Positions 20,552-31,750 of a DNA stretch of 33,000 nucleotides are shown here, piece after piece. The translations under genes were made by a program, and so were the position numbers. Below the pieces are notes generated by a model, which was given only the letters and a program-made list of their open reading frames with translations, was not told the DNA's origin and did no database searches. How positions within the stretch are numbered: position 1 is the first letter of the stretch; each line of letters starts with the position of its first letter. The DNA lies in the NCBI GenBank assembly GCA_011109175.1, contig RDEW01000004.1, positions 2,098,444 through 2,131,443 on the forward strand. The letters are read 5' to 3'. The DNA is from Dicyema japonicum. Lineage: Eukaryota > Animalia > Dicyemida.

Positions 20552-21619
20552 ATGTCAAAGGTTTACTCAAAAAATGAGACAGGTTTGCTCTCTCTTTCTC
20601 ATCCATAGCCCAGGACGAGCCCTACAACATCCTTGGAGAAAGTCTTACGAACCTTGCCTGGCTGCAACACCTCAATGTCTCCTCCATTCTTGCCCCCTGT
20701 GAGAAGTATGACGACAATGAAGAGAAGAAACAGTCTTTTGAAAAAATTAGTGCTGTTAAACTTCCAAGTTCTTCAGAAATACGAGAATATTTTGTGGACA
20801 AGTCGAAAAAACCCCCTTACTCCTACATTGTCCTCATTGGTCTGGCTTTTCGAAACATGAAATGCGACAGACTGAGCGTAGAACAGATCTCTGAATATGT
20901 GACCCATTATTTCCCTTATTTTGAAATGATGAATATTGGAGTTTTAAATATTTTTTTACTTTTAGGACTATATTCGGCATACTCTCCAACACAACAAACT
21001 GTTCGAGAGGGTGAGGAAGAGGAAGGACGAGCCTTACAGAGGGATATTCTGGCGGATGTCCGATAGTGTGGTTCTCAAGTGTGATTCCGACCATGACGAG
21101 GATCAGGGATCTGATTTGGTTGTAAAAAAGAAAAGACCGTCAGCCGACAATTTTCGATTTGAGGGATCGGAAGATTTTACGAACAAAAAGTTTATGAGTC
21201 GATCAGTCGACTATTCGGGGGATTACGACTATAATTTTGGAGAATGTTCTTTCTTTGGGGACTACAACTGGGACACTCTAATTAATGAAGGGGAAACAAA
21301 GTCTGACAAATTCAATGACGAGTGGTTCCCTTCCTATGATATTCCTGATATGTCTGGTAAGTCTATTTATGACCACCAAAATTCACATCTCCCGAATTTT
21401 GTAAGCACAAATTGTGGATTTGATGACTTCGAGGATCCAAAGATTATATATAATAATTTTTATGGATACGGGGATATCCCCGGAGTAACCGACCTCACAT
21501 CGGCTATCCAATTTGACCCTTTGCTATCTAGCACATGGAGTAGTTCAAACAGCCAAGATTTGAACCACGAAGGGCTTCCTCGGAACAAGGGATATGGATT
21601 CAACATGGAAGGCGTGTAG
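20552..21619 (+). CDS. FOXJ1: Forkhead transcription factor, FoxJ1-like, 338 aa, 3 exons
   Basis: Exons 20552-20582, 20609-20940 and 20966-21619 (introns 26 and 25 nt). N-terminal SLTNLAWLQ motif; forkhead KKPPYSYIVLI...YFPYF...IRH; wing KDEPYRGIFWR (FoxJ1 KDEPGKGGFWR); GDYNWDTLINEG (FoxJ1 GNFDWEAIFDAG, from memory). Confidence 0.78.
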
Positions 21620-22237
21620 TAGGATCTCCAAAATTATCATAATTTTCATTTTTTCCCAAAATTGTTAAAATATTTGGTTTTTTGTAATAATTGTCTACAA
21701 AAACAAACGTATTTAGGCAAGAAACTTCAAACAATCGTGCTGTGGTTTCAAATAAACTTAATGTGTTTAATTGAGCAATTAAATTCAGACAATTGCATGT
21801 TATAGTACAAGAAATAAAATATTAATCGTTTCACTATTTATTGCCACGTAAAATTACATTTATTTATATATTTTTTAGTTTGAATAATCTTTCGATCAAT
21901 CCACTTCAAATGTTAAGGTCATTGATTTTTGTGTTGATTTTTAGTTGGTTGCACAGACCTCACTAGCTTCCAGCAGGTCGGCTGCTATCAAGCGTCCATC
22001 TGAGAATGTTTGGTGCTCCTGACTCTAAGTCCATTAGAGTCAGTGATGAAGAATTTAATTGATAATATCACCATGGTGGTCACGTGAAGGGAGTCTAAAG
22101 TCAGAAAATGTACTGAGTAGATTTGCGGTAGGATTCTTCTGAAATCTCTATTAATGGTAGGGGTTCTTTCTGGTGCAAACATTAAAAATCCACGTGACCA
22201 AGTAAACTAAAAAACACAAAAAATATTTTAAAAAGTA

Positions 22238-22320
22238 ACGTGGCACCATGTGGTGTTGTGAGGCTAATTGGTTGAAAATTTCTCTTCCTTCATTGATTGC
22301 GTCATTAGATCTACCTTACT
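22238..22320 (+). repeat. Dispersed repeat related to 9241-9340
   Basis: cgtggcaccatgtggtg...ggctaattggttgaaaatttct...gcgtcattagatc aligns with the 5' part of the 9230 element. Confidence 0.6.
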
Positions 22321-22534
22321 GAGGAGTCCTATGGATCACTGTTTTTAGGTGAATGTTCTGCTGGAACACGCCAGGATCAAGGAATTACCTTTGGTTTTGG
22401 AATAATTTTATTTATTTAAGACTACCTGATTGAATGATTCCAGTACTCGCCGTTATCCATACCACTTTATTTTTTGAAGGATTTGTATAGCCGTGGCCTC
22501 GTGTCAAAATTGCATCAAAGGGTACGCTTTATGT

Positions 22535-22758
22535 AAAAAATAAAGCTCATTAAAAATGCACTTTAACGCAGAGTCATATTAGGTATAGCTCCGCTCAGAC
22601 AAAACACACAAGTAAAGAACAGTTATGATGACTAATCGTACAGGGAAATTCAAGGAATTCTCTTTACTTTTTTTGTTGGGTGTGTGTCCTATATAGACGA
22701 TCCGATTCTGCAGTAAAATGGTCACTGATGACAGCGTCACTCGTCAAGCCAAAGCATC
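22535..22758 (-). mobile_element. 5'-truncated, diverged copy of SINE family A
   Basis: Reverse complement ttgacgagtgacgctgtcatcagtga...taactgttctttactt...gcggagctata...gctttatt aligns with 13200-13410; the tRNA head is absent. Confidence 0.85.
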
Positions 22759-23329
22759 ATAAAAACTCATTAATACACAAAAATAATACGATAATCACTG
22801 ATACACCGAGATAGAAGTTATAGTTAACGACTAATTTAATGATCTATTCCCATGGTCACAAACAGAGATCATCTGGATTTAATATACAGGATTGAATTAT
22901 CCCCATTATACTTTCTTGACGCCCAGAAGAGGGGTCACCTATTCTCTTTTCTTGTCGGATTTCTGAGAGGGTCTGGTCTTGGCTGTGACATTTTTGTTAG
23001 TTACCGGTTTCTTTCACTCGATGGAACCGGGGGTAAATAAATAAGAAAAAACAGAGACCTTCCAATGTTGAAAATCCATCAAGAACCAGCGGAGAGTAAA
23101 ACATCCAGTCCTTGTTGTAGGAATCCCTCCGATGGAATGGGGAAGAACAAATCTACCTAAGAAAAATCGCAACTTTGGCATAAAAGAAACGTTTGAAAAG
23201 ATGTGGAAAGGTAGGTCCGCCCTCTTCTAATTTCATAACTCGTCCTACCGTCAGGGTAAAAAGTCCATTCTTAGGCGGAAGAGTTTTATAATGGAAATGA
23301 TTATAGAATTCTTTTAATTTATTTAAGGC

Positions 23330-24108
23330 TAGAAAAGCCTCGCTTATAGTTACATTTTTCTGACTTGTTCCAAGAGGTTTTTCACTATCAATTTCTTGTT
23401 CTATTTTCTCCGAATCATTCAAATCAAGTTCTTCATTTTCATTGTAGTCAATTTCGATATAAAGTCTCTCTTCTAAAGGATCACTTATTTTCATTTTGTC
23501 TAGAAAATATTCGTGATTTTAATAACAGGGTTTTCATAATTTATATTTTCAATTTTTTAAATCCATTTTGTGTGGTAAAGCATTTGAATATTAAAGAATT
23601 ATCTATCATGTTCCACGCATAATATATGAATAATATTGCATTTTTTAAGTTTAATTTTTTGTATGCAAAATAGGGATTTATCCCAGCTTCAATTTTCTGA
23701 ATAATATTAGAAAATTTAAGAGAATTGAAATTGCATTTGTACGATTTGATTATACCCTGATCCAGTGGTTGCAAAAACGACGTTGTATTGGTGGTAGAAA
23801 TATTATTTCAATTTGGTTTAATTCAATCAAAACCTAATGTAAATGTTATAAAATTCACCTTATGTGCAGGGCATTTATCTACAACAAGCAAAATTTTTCT
23901 ATTATGCTTCCCCAATTCTATTTCCCATTTCAAAAGAAATTGATTAAAAATTCGGCTATCCATCCATGCATTTTTGAATTAGAATATGTGACATATTTTT
24001 TAATATCAAAACTTTTGAAATATCTAGGATTTTTAAACATCCTTATTACTAAGGGTGTTCGTTTAAATAGTAAGGGTGTTCGGTGTGCGGATTCGAGAGA
24101 CTTTACTG
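23330..24108 (-). mobile_element. Second pogo/Tigger remnant with one TIR
   Basis: TTSFLQPLDQGIIKSYK DDE_1 motif. Terminus reads ta-cagtaaagtctctcgaatccg on the minus strand at 24108; subterminal taagggtgttcg direct repeat. The other TIR was not found. Confidence 0.85.
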
Positions 24109-24214
24109 TATTAAGTTGCTTATTAACCATGAAGTTCCAATGCGTTTTTAAGGATAAGTGTATTGCAAAAAAATTTAACTGCGTAACAGATTAATTTCAC
24201 AAAAAATTATAATT

Positions 24215-24552
24215 GAAGTACTGCATCAGTTACTGCAAGATATGAATATAGGATCTTTATAAACCGCTTTGTTTGCAATGTGGTACAGTGTTTTCCAATG
24301 AGGCAATGAAGCCATCGCGCTTAATCGAACATTCAAAGCGTAAACATCCCAACTCTATTGGAAAAAAACAGAAATTTTTTTGAATTAAAAAATAATTATA
24401 AAATAAAATACTTTAACTATTAATAAAAGTATATTTTAAAAAGTTTCTGGACTATTTTAATCATACAAAGTTGCAGAGATAATTGCAAAAACAGCTTTTA
24501 TGATTTTTTAAATTGCTAGTATCAATGTTCGGTGAAGAACTAGCCAGAATCT
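24215..24552 (+). mobile_element. hAT (Buster/Charlie-type) transposase fragment
   Basis: BED finger KPLCLQCGTVFSNEAMKPSRLIEHSKRKHP from 24261; SYKVAEIIAK near 24461; SMFGEE near 24525. Confidence 0.85.
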
Positions 24553-25653
24553 TTTGAATCCAAGATTTTGGATCGCTTTCGTTGATTCCCCGTCATAGAT
24601 ATTTTGATGCGGGATGGAGTATCCCCAATATAGATCTATGAAGTCATCATATCGGATATGACGATGGCTTCGAGGATATACTTAATTCTACAAATACTGT
24701 TGACAAACACTGACGAAAATATAATCGAATAACATGACGCAAGTCTTGTGGAACGAGAAAAGATAAAGAACAGATAAAAAAAGAAATTGTCTCTTGTGGT
24801 ATATTTTTTGTCACATTATTATTTCTTCATTATTGAACGTGCTAGATTGATCAAAGTTTTATCAAATAAATTCTTGACTAATCAATTCATTACGTAGTCT
24901 TTAATCATGAAGAAATTATGTGAATGTCAAATTTATTATATATTTTCCATTTTACTTTCATATTTTGGAGTTTCACTGAGAATTGTTGATTTTACGAACA
25001 TTAATTACATATTCTTCATCAATGAGGTCGGAGGACAAGTAGAAATAGTCACAAGGTCTAACTTCTCAATATCTTCGAGCATGGGAAAAAACGAAACAAA
25101 ATAAATGTACAAGAGGATATATAAGGATTGCATTTACGAAAGAAAGGCAAATTTAGAGAATCTTGTGAATACTCATAAACCACAGGGATCTCATTAAAAC
25201 TATGATTTTTAAATAAAAAAATATTTCTTAAATAATTTCTGTACGTGGTAATAACTTTTTGACTTGTGAAATAAGAGGCGATAAAAAAAGTTGGAGGGGC
25301 GAAAAAAACCATTGATATAATCCATGGCTCCCTTTCGCCATTTTGGCTTCTTATGGAGTAATTAACCTATCCAAAGGTCTTCTTAGGAGGTCCACCAAAA
25401 GGAGGAATTGATGTAGCATAAACATTAAAGAACGTAACTAAATGGTCTGCGATAAGATTGACTTGACGACTTCTCAATACATTCTCCCAACCGCTCTTGA
25501 AATTTTGAAGGCGAATAAAAACGATCTCCATAGGAAGAGTATTTCAAGTTTTCCTTTTTCAGCAAAGGAATTACGTCAATTATGTAATCAAAAAAAGGAT
25601 GTAACTTTCAAAAAATTTAAAAAAAACAAAAATATCTTTGCGAAAGTAAAAAA

Positions 25654-25725
25654 TGCCCGAGGTAGTAGTTGAACCAACGACCTTTAGATCTTCAGTCTAA
25701 CGCTCTTCCGCTGAGCTACTCGGGC
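25654..25725 (-). tRNA. tRNA-Phe (GAA), with an imperfect T-arm
   Basis: Acceptor stem GCCCGAG/CTCGGGC, D stem GCTC/GAGC, anticodon stem TTAGA/TCTAA with loop CTGAAGA, T loop TTCAACT, discriminator A. Confidence 0.85.
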
Positions 25726-25849
25726 TTTTCTTCTAATATTAAATTTTCATAGATTATCAGAGTGACAGTTTGTCGTTTTGAGTGTTACTTATTTGTGTCA
25801 TTGTTAAGTATGGATTAGACAAAAGGAACGGGAAGAGGTTCATCGAAGT

Positions 25850-27050
25850 CTGAGTGGTAATGTCTTTAATCATTTTTGTTAATTCGAAAATTGTGTCCCC
25901 AAGGGCTGATTCGTTGTCCATACAAGACAATCATATTTTCCAGGTCTTCTTTAGTGATAATGATTGAACGTATGCCTATGCCCTCTCCTTTATATTAAAT
26001 AAGACTGGTTATTAAGAGAAGTAAGATGTCACATGACGATCCCAAGTGAGGACTATTAGGAAAACCTTCCCTTGTACAGTGAATTAACTTAGATTCTTTA
26101 TATAAAATGTCATTTTCTCAATTTCTCTAATTCAACTTTTTGTAAACTCTCTGACAATGTTACTCCCACTTCAACAAGGAATATAAGACTTCTTTTTATC
26201 AAACACGAACAGATTTGTTTTTCCCGAAGCCACGTTGAAAGCTCTAACAACCGATTAACAGCAGAGAAGAATTTTTCTTCTAAAGTTTTGACTCCATTCC
26301 TGAGCTCGACGAATGCTTTTTTTTAGTGCTACCACAGTTTCCTAGTTCCCTCCAATGGTCCCATCATAATCGATATACCATAAATTCATTGGAGGTCTGA
26401 TTCCTGAGGAGCAGAATCGACACCAGACATAATCGGAAATCTCTGCCAGAAGAATTTGGTCAGTAAGACACGATATGAGAATAAATAATCGGGGATCGAA
26501 AACTTACAATGGATTTGTCTAGTTATCAGTGTCGTATTTAGAAGCATTTATCTTGATAACTGATTTGACGTTCCCTTCCTTCTGTTCGGTGGAGTGTGAT
26601 CCAAAGACAAGAGGCCAAAACGGAGAAGGCGGATCCAGGTATCGTATCTTCTTTTGCCTTAATGATTAGCTTTGAAAGACAGAAGGTAATGTTAGACACG
26701 CCGATCTTGATATCCAAAGTAGGATGAACATCTTGCACATGAGTTGTTTCATATGGCGTAGACAGTCATCCGTGCTGGATAACTCCAAGACTCCTTTTGC
26801 AGCTTGCAATTCCCAAGGCATGAAGCCTTGACTAATTTGGCAAGAATTGCTCAATTCTTAGTATTTTCTTGTAACAACCTTGGTGTCAAAAATTTGGGCA
26901 ACAGGAGCATTGAATACCGACTTTCCTCTTGTTGTTTTACTACGGATTAGACAGAGAAGTATGGTTTTTATAATCAACGCAGCGTCATTACTTTTGTCGT
27001 TAAATTTCAGTTGCAATAATCGTGTCATGGCACGTGCAACTCAAGGAACT
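25850..27050 (-). mobile_element. Heavily degenerate retrotransposon RT remnant, possibly CRE-like
   Basis: NLWYIDYDGTIGG near 26350-26390 resembles NxWYLDDGTxGG; stops occur in all frames. Boundaries are uncertain. Confidence 0.4.
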
Positions 27051-27069
27051 AGCAACAAACTCATCTTCC

Positions 27070-27250
27070 TTTACTTGCCCCTGTCATAACCAAGCTCCCG
27101 TAGTTCATTCAGGTCTTCTCCCTCTCGGATACGTATCAATTTTTGAAGGTCCTCGGTCGTCCACGAAATCTGGGAGCGTCTTACTCGAAGAAGTCCTTCT
27201 TGGCCACGTTTGTTGAAGCATCCAGGCCCATTCTCAGAACGTGTCCAAAA
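27070..27250 (-). mobile_element. RTE 3' end fragment
   Basis: FGHVLRM...RFRGRPRT...EDLNELRELG; same family C-terminus as 14860-15000 and 31475-31669. Confidence 0.75.
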
Positions 27251-27407
27251 AACAAAAATCTTTTTTTGGATTCTCTAATAATAATAAAAATTTTTCTCGT
27301 AAAAAATATTAAATTTTATTTTTAAAAATATACTTCAATAATTATTTATAAATATATTTACAGTGGCGAATCTAAAAAAAGATGTCAAATAAAGGCTGAA
27401 TTAATTA

Positions 27408-27925
27408 ATGCTAAATTTATTTTTATTAATATGTTCTATTGTTTGTAGCGAAAATCTAAGATATCACAGATGTGACTGTAATTGGTGCAAATATATTTTA
27501 GCCACCAACGCTGAAATAGTGGACATTTACGTTTATCCGTTGACAAACGGAAGATTGGTAGTGAAGAAAAATTCCCAAATTAGGGCCTTTATCGGTGTAA
27601 AATTCAGTAATATGAAATTATAAGCGTTTATAGACAAAAATGTGGGAAATTTCACAATTTCAATTGTAGGTACTCTGTTTGGGATTTCTGAAAATGTCTA
27701 TAAAACTGATAATCCTAAAGACTTTATGATCAACAAGCTCCCTGTCAAAGCCTATGATATCGTTGTGCTTATGTTTGACTATTTTAACAAGCATGACTAT
27801 AGAATTGTACCTACTTACTAATTTTTTAGATGTATGACACAATACCACAAATAAAATTGATTCTCGAGGATCACTCTAGGCATAATACTCTTTTTTGTGT
27901 CTGCTTCGAGGCAATTTTAGAATAA
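27408..27925 (+). CDS. NPC2: Secreted NPC2-like ML-domain lipid-binding protein, 146 aa, 4 exons
   Basis: Signal peptide MLNLFLLICSIVCS; introns 27478-27501, 27595-27624 and 27807-27829; spliced length 441 nt. CDSTNAEIVDIYVYP, VGTLFGI and KLILED...TLFC align with NPC2 CGSVDGVIKEVNVSP, VHGILMGV and WQLQDD...SLFC. Confidence 0.82.
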
Positions 27926-28829
27926 AATTTACTTATCAAATATTAACATTCGGTAATAAGAGATATTTCTGGTTTTCTTGTAATCTTGTAAAAATCAGAT
28001 TGTGATAGCTGCTGAACACGTGTCTCGACTTATCGATCTTCTTACATTAAAACTCCAAAAATTGTACACTTCCAAAACAGATAGTCTTTCAATTATTATT
28101 AATCCAGTTTGACCAATTAATGCTAACATTATGCCATGCTCCAATGGTGTGTTGGTCTCGACCAAGCAAATTTACTAAAAATTGGTAGACTTGTTAATTA
28201 TTCCCTAAAGAATATGAATCTGAACTTTTTCGAAAATTTTCTTTGCATTTTTGAATAACGTATTTTTATTACCTTAGTTTTCAACTGTTTAAGTGATCAG
28301 TAGTTCTTAACTGTTTGAGTTTATCAATTTGTTATGATTAAAAAAAAGATTCTGAATAAAAACAACTAATTTTAGATTTTTATGGTGTTACATTTATTGA
28401 TGACTCATTTTGATTTAGAATTCAGTGACGGTGGATTTCAACAGAGAAGGGGATAGATGGGTGATTTGCTCCAAGTGACTCTTCAATAAAGTTCAAGTAG
28501 TTCGGGAAATCCTTCATTGCTTTGCTAATGTCATTTATGGACAAAAACTTCCCTTTATGAAACATCTCAAAAATAATTGGAGTCATTTTCGACCAACTAC
28601 TGACTTTCTCGAAACATTTGGAGGAATAATGCACAAAGACCTCTCAAAAAATTAACATACTGAAAGCTGCGTAGGTCATCTGGATGTCTCAGATCAGTCT
28701 CTATTTATCATTTTCACTGGGAATCATAAATCCATTGGAAATGAGATCTCTGCAGTTCTTCTCCATTAAATTATTATGACAGCCAGTGACCTGTCTAGAA
28801 TTCTATCATGCATCCCTTACAGTACCAAT

Positions 28830-29270
28830 TATCGAGGTCGTCTAAAACAGATACATGATGATGCTCCACATATCGAACGGCGCGGGCCGCAACAAGAACC
28901 GTATTCCACCTTCTTCACCCCCAATGATGTTGAAAAGGCTATTAAATTGCTACGTCCCACTCGTTCTTGTGGTCCCGACAGTATTTGTACTATTCACCTC
29001 AAACACCTTGGACTTCAGGCACTGGCCATATTATCAAGACTGTACAACGACTCCATCAAATACCATACGCTACCTAATATATTGAAGAATTCCTTGATTA
29101 TGCCAATTCTAAGCTTTAAAAATTAAAAGACGTTCCTTCTTACCGCCCCGTCTCAATAACTTGTTTTTTATAAAAAGTGCTGGACAAGCTTGTATTAATG
29201 AGTATCTCTCCTGTTCTACAACTACCAGAAATTCAACATGGTTTCAGGGCAGACCGTTCTACAACGACTC
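28830..29270 (+). mobile_element. APE-type LINE RT N-terminal fragment
   Basis: FTPNDVEKAIKLLRPTRSCGPDSI, SYRPVSI and QHGFRADRSTT, with frameshifts. Confidence 0.85.
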
Positions 29271-29612
29271 ATTTGGGCTCTATCTCGGAGTTTATTCGTG
29301 CCGCGTTTATATGATCCGAGATTCTAGTCTCTCCAACCATCTCCTATTTGAATTAAAGATCCTCAGTTTCTTGGATAGAGAACGGAACAGAGGGTCCTTC
29401 GTCACCAAAACAAGTCCCTTGAAAAGTTGTCCAAACGATACGCCAGTATAATTTAATTACTAGCAAAGCAGTTCGCTTCGCACAGGTCAAGCTAACTCTT
29501 TTAAAATGTGACATGCTCAGCTTGTCCGTGACCCAGTATTGATCTCAAATCTTTATTTTAACATTTCGATCTATTCTAACTAGAGGACCCACCCACGTGT
29601 GAACTATCATGT

Positions 29613-31071
29613 ATTGGAGGTCTTCAACCTAATTTTATATCAAGTTCTCACTTTACCTTATTTGGAACCATTCATAAAAAATTCCTTATGCAACGAAATC
29701 GATTACAGACAAATGGGCACGATAATACACTAATTTGTAATTATACCAACTATCATCATATACAACCAACTTCTGAATCTTGATTCACCAAATTCTTTTA
29801 ATTTTTCTCCTGGTAAAATTCTTACGTGCCTCAGAACCTCGGGTTTTCGGTATCTAAAATTTCCTTCCCTCAGAACTTCGGATTTTTGATGTCTTCTGAA
29901 TTTGTCGCTTCTTTTATTTTCACAAGAAGAAAGATAAGATTCCATCTTTAAATTTTGGTTTAAAATTATTCTGACGATAACTATCAGTTAATTGACTGAA
30001 GAGTTGAATTAATGGCATCGGTTTATGTATAAAATATCTTCATTGTCTCATAGGGAATTCATTCTAATACACATTGGTAAAAGTTTCAAGCTTGAATCCT
30101 TAGCAGTTTAAAAACCTTGAAAAACTGATATATCAACTGCTCTATGGTGACAGCATAATTCGGTATTTTGAAGAATGAGAGACTAAGATATTAAAATCTA
30201 GTTACTTACTAGGTAAGACTAAGATTTTAAAATTACTAACGAGTGTTTTGAAAATTAGTTCTTAGTAATTTCAATAAGAAATGTTAAATATACAATAAAC
30301 GGAAATGCGTTTTCAATTGAAAGCGAATACCCTCGATTTANATTGGAGGTCTTCAACCTAATTTTATATCAAGTTCTCACTTTACCTTATTTGGAACCAT
30401 TCATAAAAAATTCCTTATGCAACGAAATCGATTACAGACAAATGGGCACGATAATACACTAATTTGTAATTATACCAACTATCATCATATACAACCAACT
30501 TCTGAATCTTGATTCACCAAATTCTTTTAATTTTTCTCCTGGTAAAATTCTTACGTGCCTCAGAACCTCGGGTTTTCGGTATCTAAAATTTCCTTCCCTC
30601 AGAACTTCGGATTTTTGATGTCTTCTGAATTTGTCGCTTCTTTTATTTTCACAAGAAGAAAGATAAGATTCCATCTTTAAATTTTGGTTTAAAATTATTC
30701 TGACGATAACTATCAGTTAATTGACTGAAGAGTTGAATTAATGGCATCGGTTTATGTATAAAATATCTTCATTGTCTCATAGGGAATTCATTCTAATACA
30801 CATTGGTAAAAGTTTCAAGCTTGAATCCTTAGCAGTTTAAAAACCTTGAAAAACTCTGATATATCAACTGCTCTATGGTGACAGCATAATTCGGTATTTT
30901 GAAGAATGAGAGACTAAGATATTAAAATCTAGTTACTTACTAGGTAAGACTAAGATTTTAAAATTACTAACGAGTGTTTTGAAAATTAGTTCTTAGTAAT
31001 TTCAATAAGAAATGTTAAATATACAATAAACAGAAATGCGTTTTCAATTGAAAGCGAATACCCTCGATTTA
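29613..31071. repeat. ~729-bp tandem duplication separated by N30341
   Basis: 29613-30340 vs 30342-31071 differ only by a 2-bp indel and about one substitution. Confidence 0.95.
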
Positions 31072-31474
31072 TAAAAACATTTAGCTAGTTGTTAACTATT
31101 TGCGTTAAATAAAAAAGGGATAACAATTTTTTTCAAAATTAACAATTATTTATTTTGGTCAAAACATAAGCTAGTTAGTTGCCGCCCTCACTGCGTGGCT
31201 GTTCCCTCTTAGAATAAACACATGATTAGGATTATTGTACGACAATAACGTATAATTAATTAAATCAAGTCAGAATGGCAGCGGCGATTGCGAAAATCAC
31301 CCGAATGCGCAGAAATCTGACCCCCTCTATGTCGATTCAGAAAAAGAATTAAAAAGTTAATTAATGTAAAAGAATTCAAAAATTTATTCATTTTAAATTA
31401 CATATTATTATAGGCACGTAGGCGATGCCAAAATCATGACAAAGCATGTGCAACACGGAAAGTTAACAATTTAA

Positions 31475-31669
31475 TTAACATCGCCCATTTTTTTGATCCG
31501 TTGCCATGTTCCATAGCATATCTAGATCATCCCCATCTTTAAGGCACTTTCCAATCCTCCTGAGATCTTCATTTAAGATTACCGGCAGTGTTGTCCTCGG
31601 CCGGCCGCGGAAACGAGAAGCCTTTAAGAATAAATACTTATCCATTGCTATGTTGGCAGGGGTCCCCAT
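31475..31669 (-). mobile_element. RTE 3' end fragment
   Basis: TPANIAMDKY...RGRPRTTLPVILNEDL...DLDMLWNMATDQ. Confidence 0.8.
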
Positions 31670-31750
31670 TAAATTACATATTTTAACTAATAAATGAAAT
31701 ATTTAGATAAGGTTAATATAATTATAAAATGTAATAAAAAATTGATTTAA

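Noticed and set aside
22020-22042. Perfect 9-bp hairpin tgactctaa-gtcca-ttagagtca (and an 8-bp one at 31758-31778)
   Set aside because: Short inverted repeats of this size are expected by chance in 33 kb of AT-rich DNA, and there is no supporting context.
21960-23330. Faint gypsy integrase zinc-finger-like words (HHGGHVKGV; NFGIKETFEK)
   Set aside because: Too short and interrupted by stops to support a call.
24900-25672. Long minus frame with one stop, and overlapping plus ORFs, near the tRNA
   Set aside because: No recognisable domain and no consistent splice path; could be decayed TE or chance.
11885-27925. HSD17B12 and NPC2 as a lipid-handling gene cluster
   Set aside because: They are 14 kb apart with unrelated genes between them; nothing suggests co-regulation.
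27660-28320. Minus-strand frame including ORF 27660-27848 that looked like a decayed viral or foreign gene
   Set aside because: The ORF part is the antisense of NPC2-like exons; the remainder has many stops of all three types and no recognisable motif.
28422-28760. ORF 28422-28634 as a spliced gene
   Set aside because: Candidate introns give conflicting frames with early stops, and no family is recognised.
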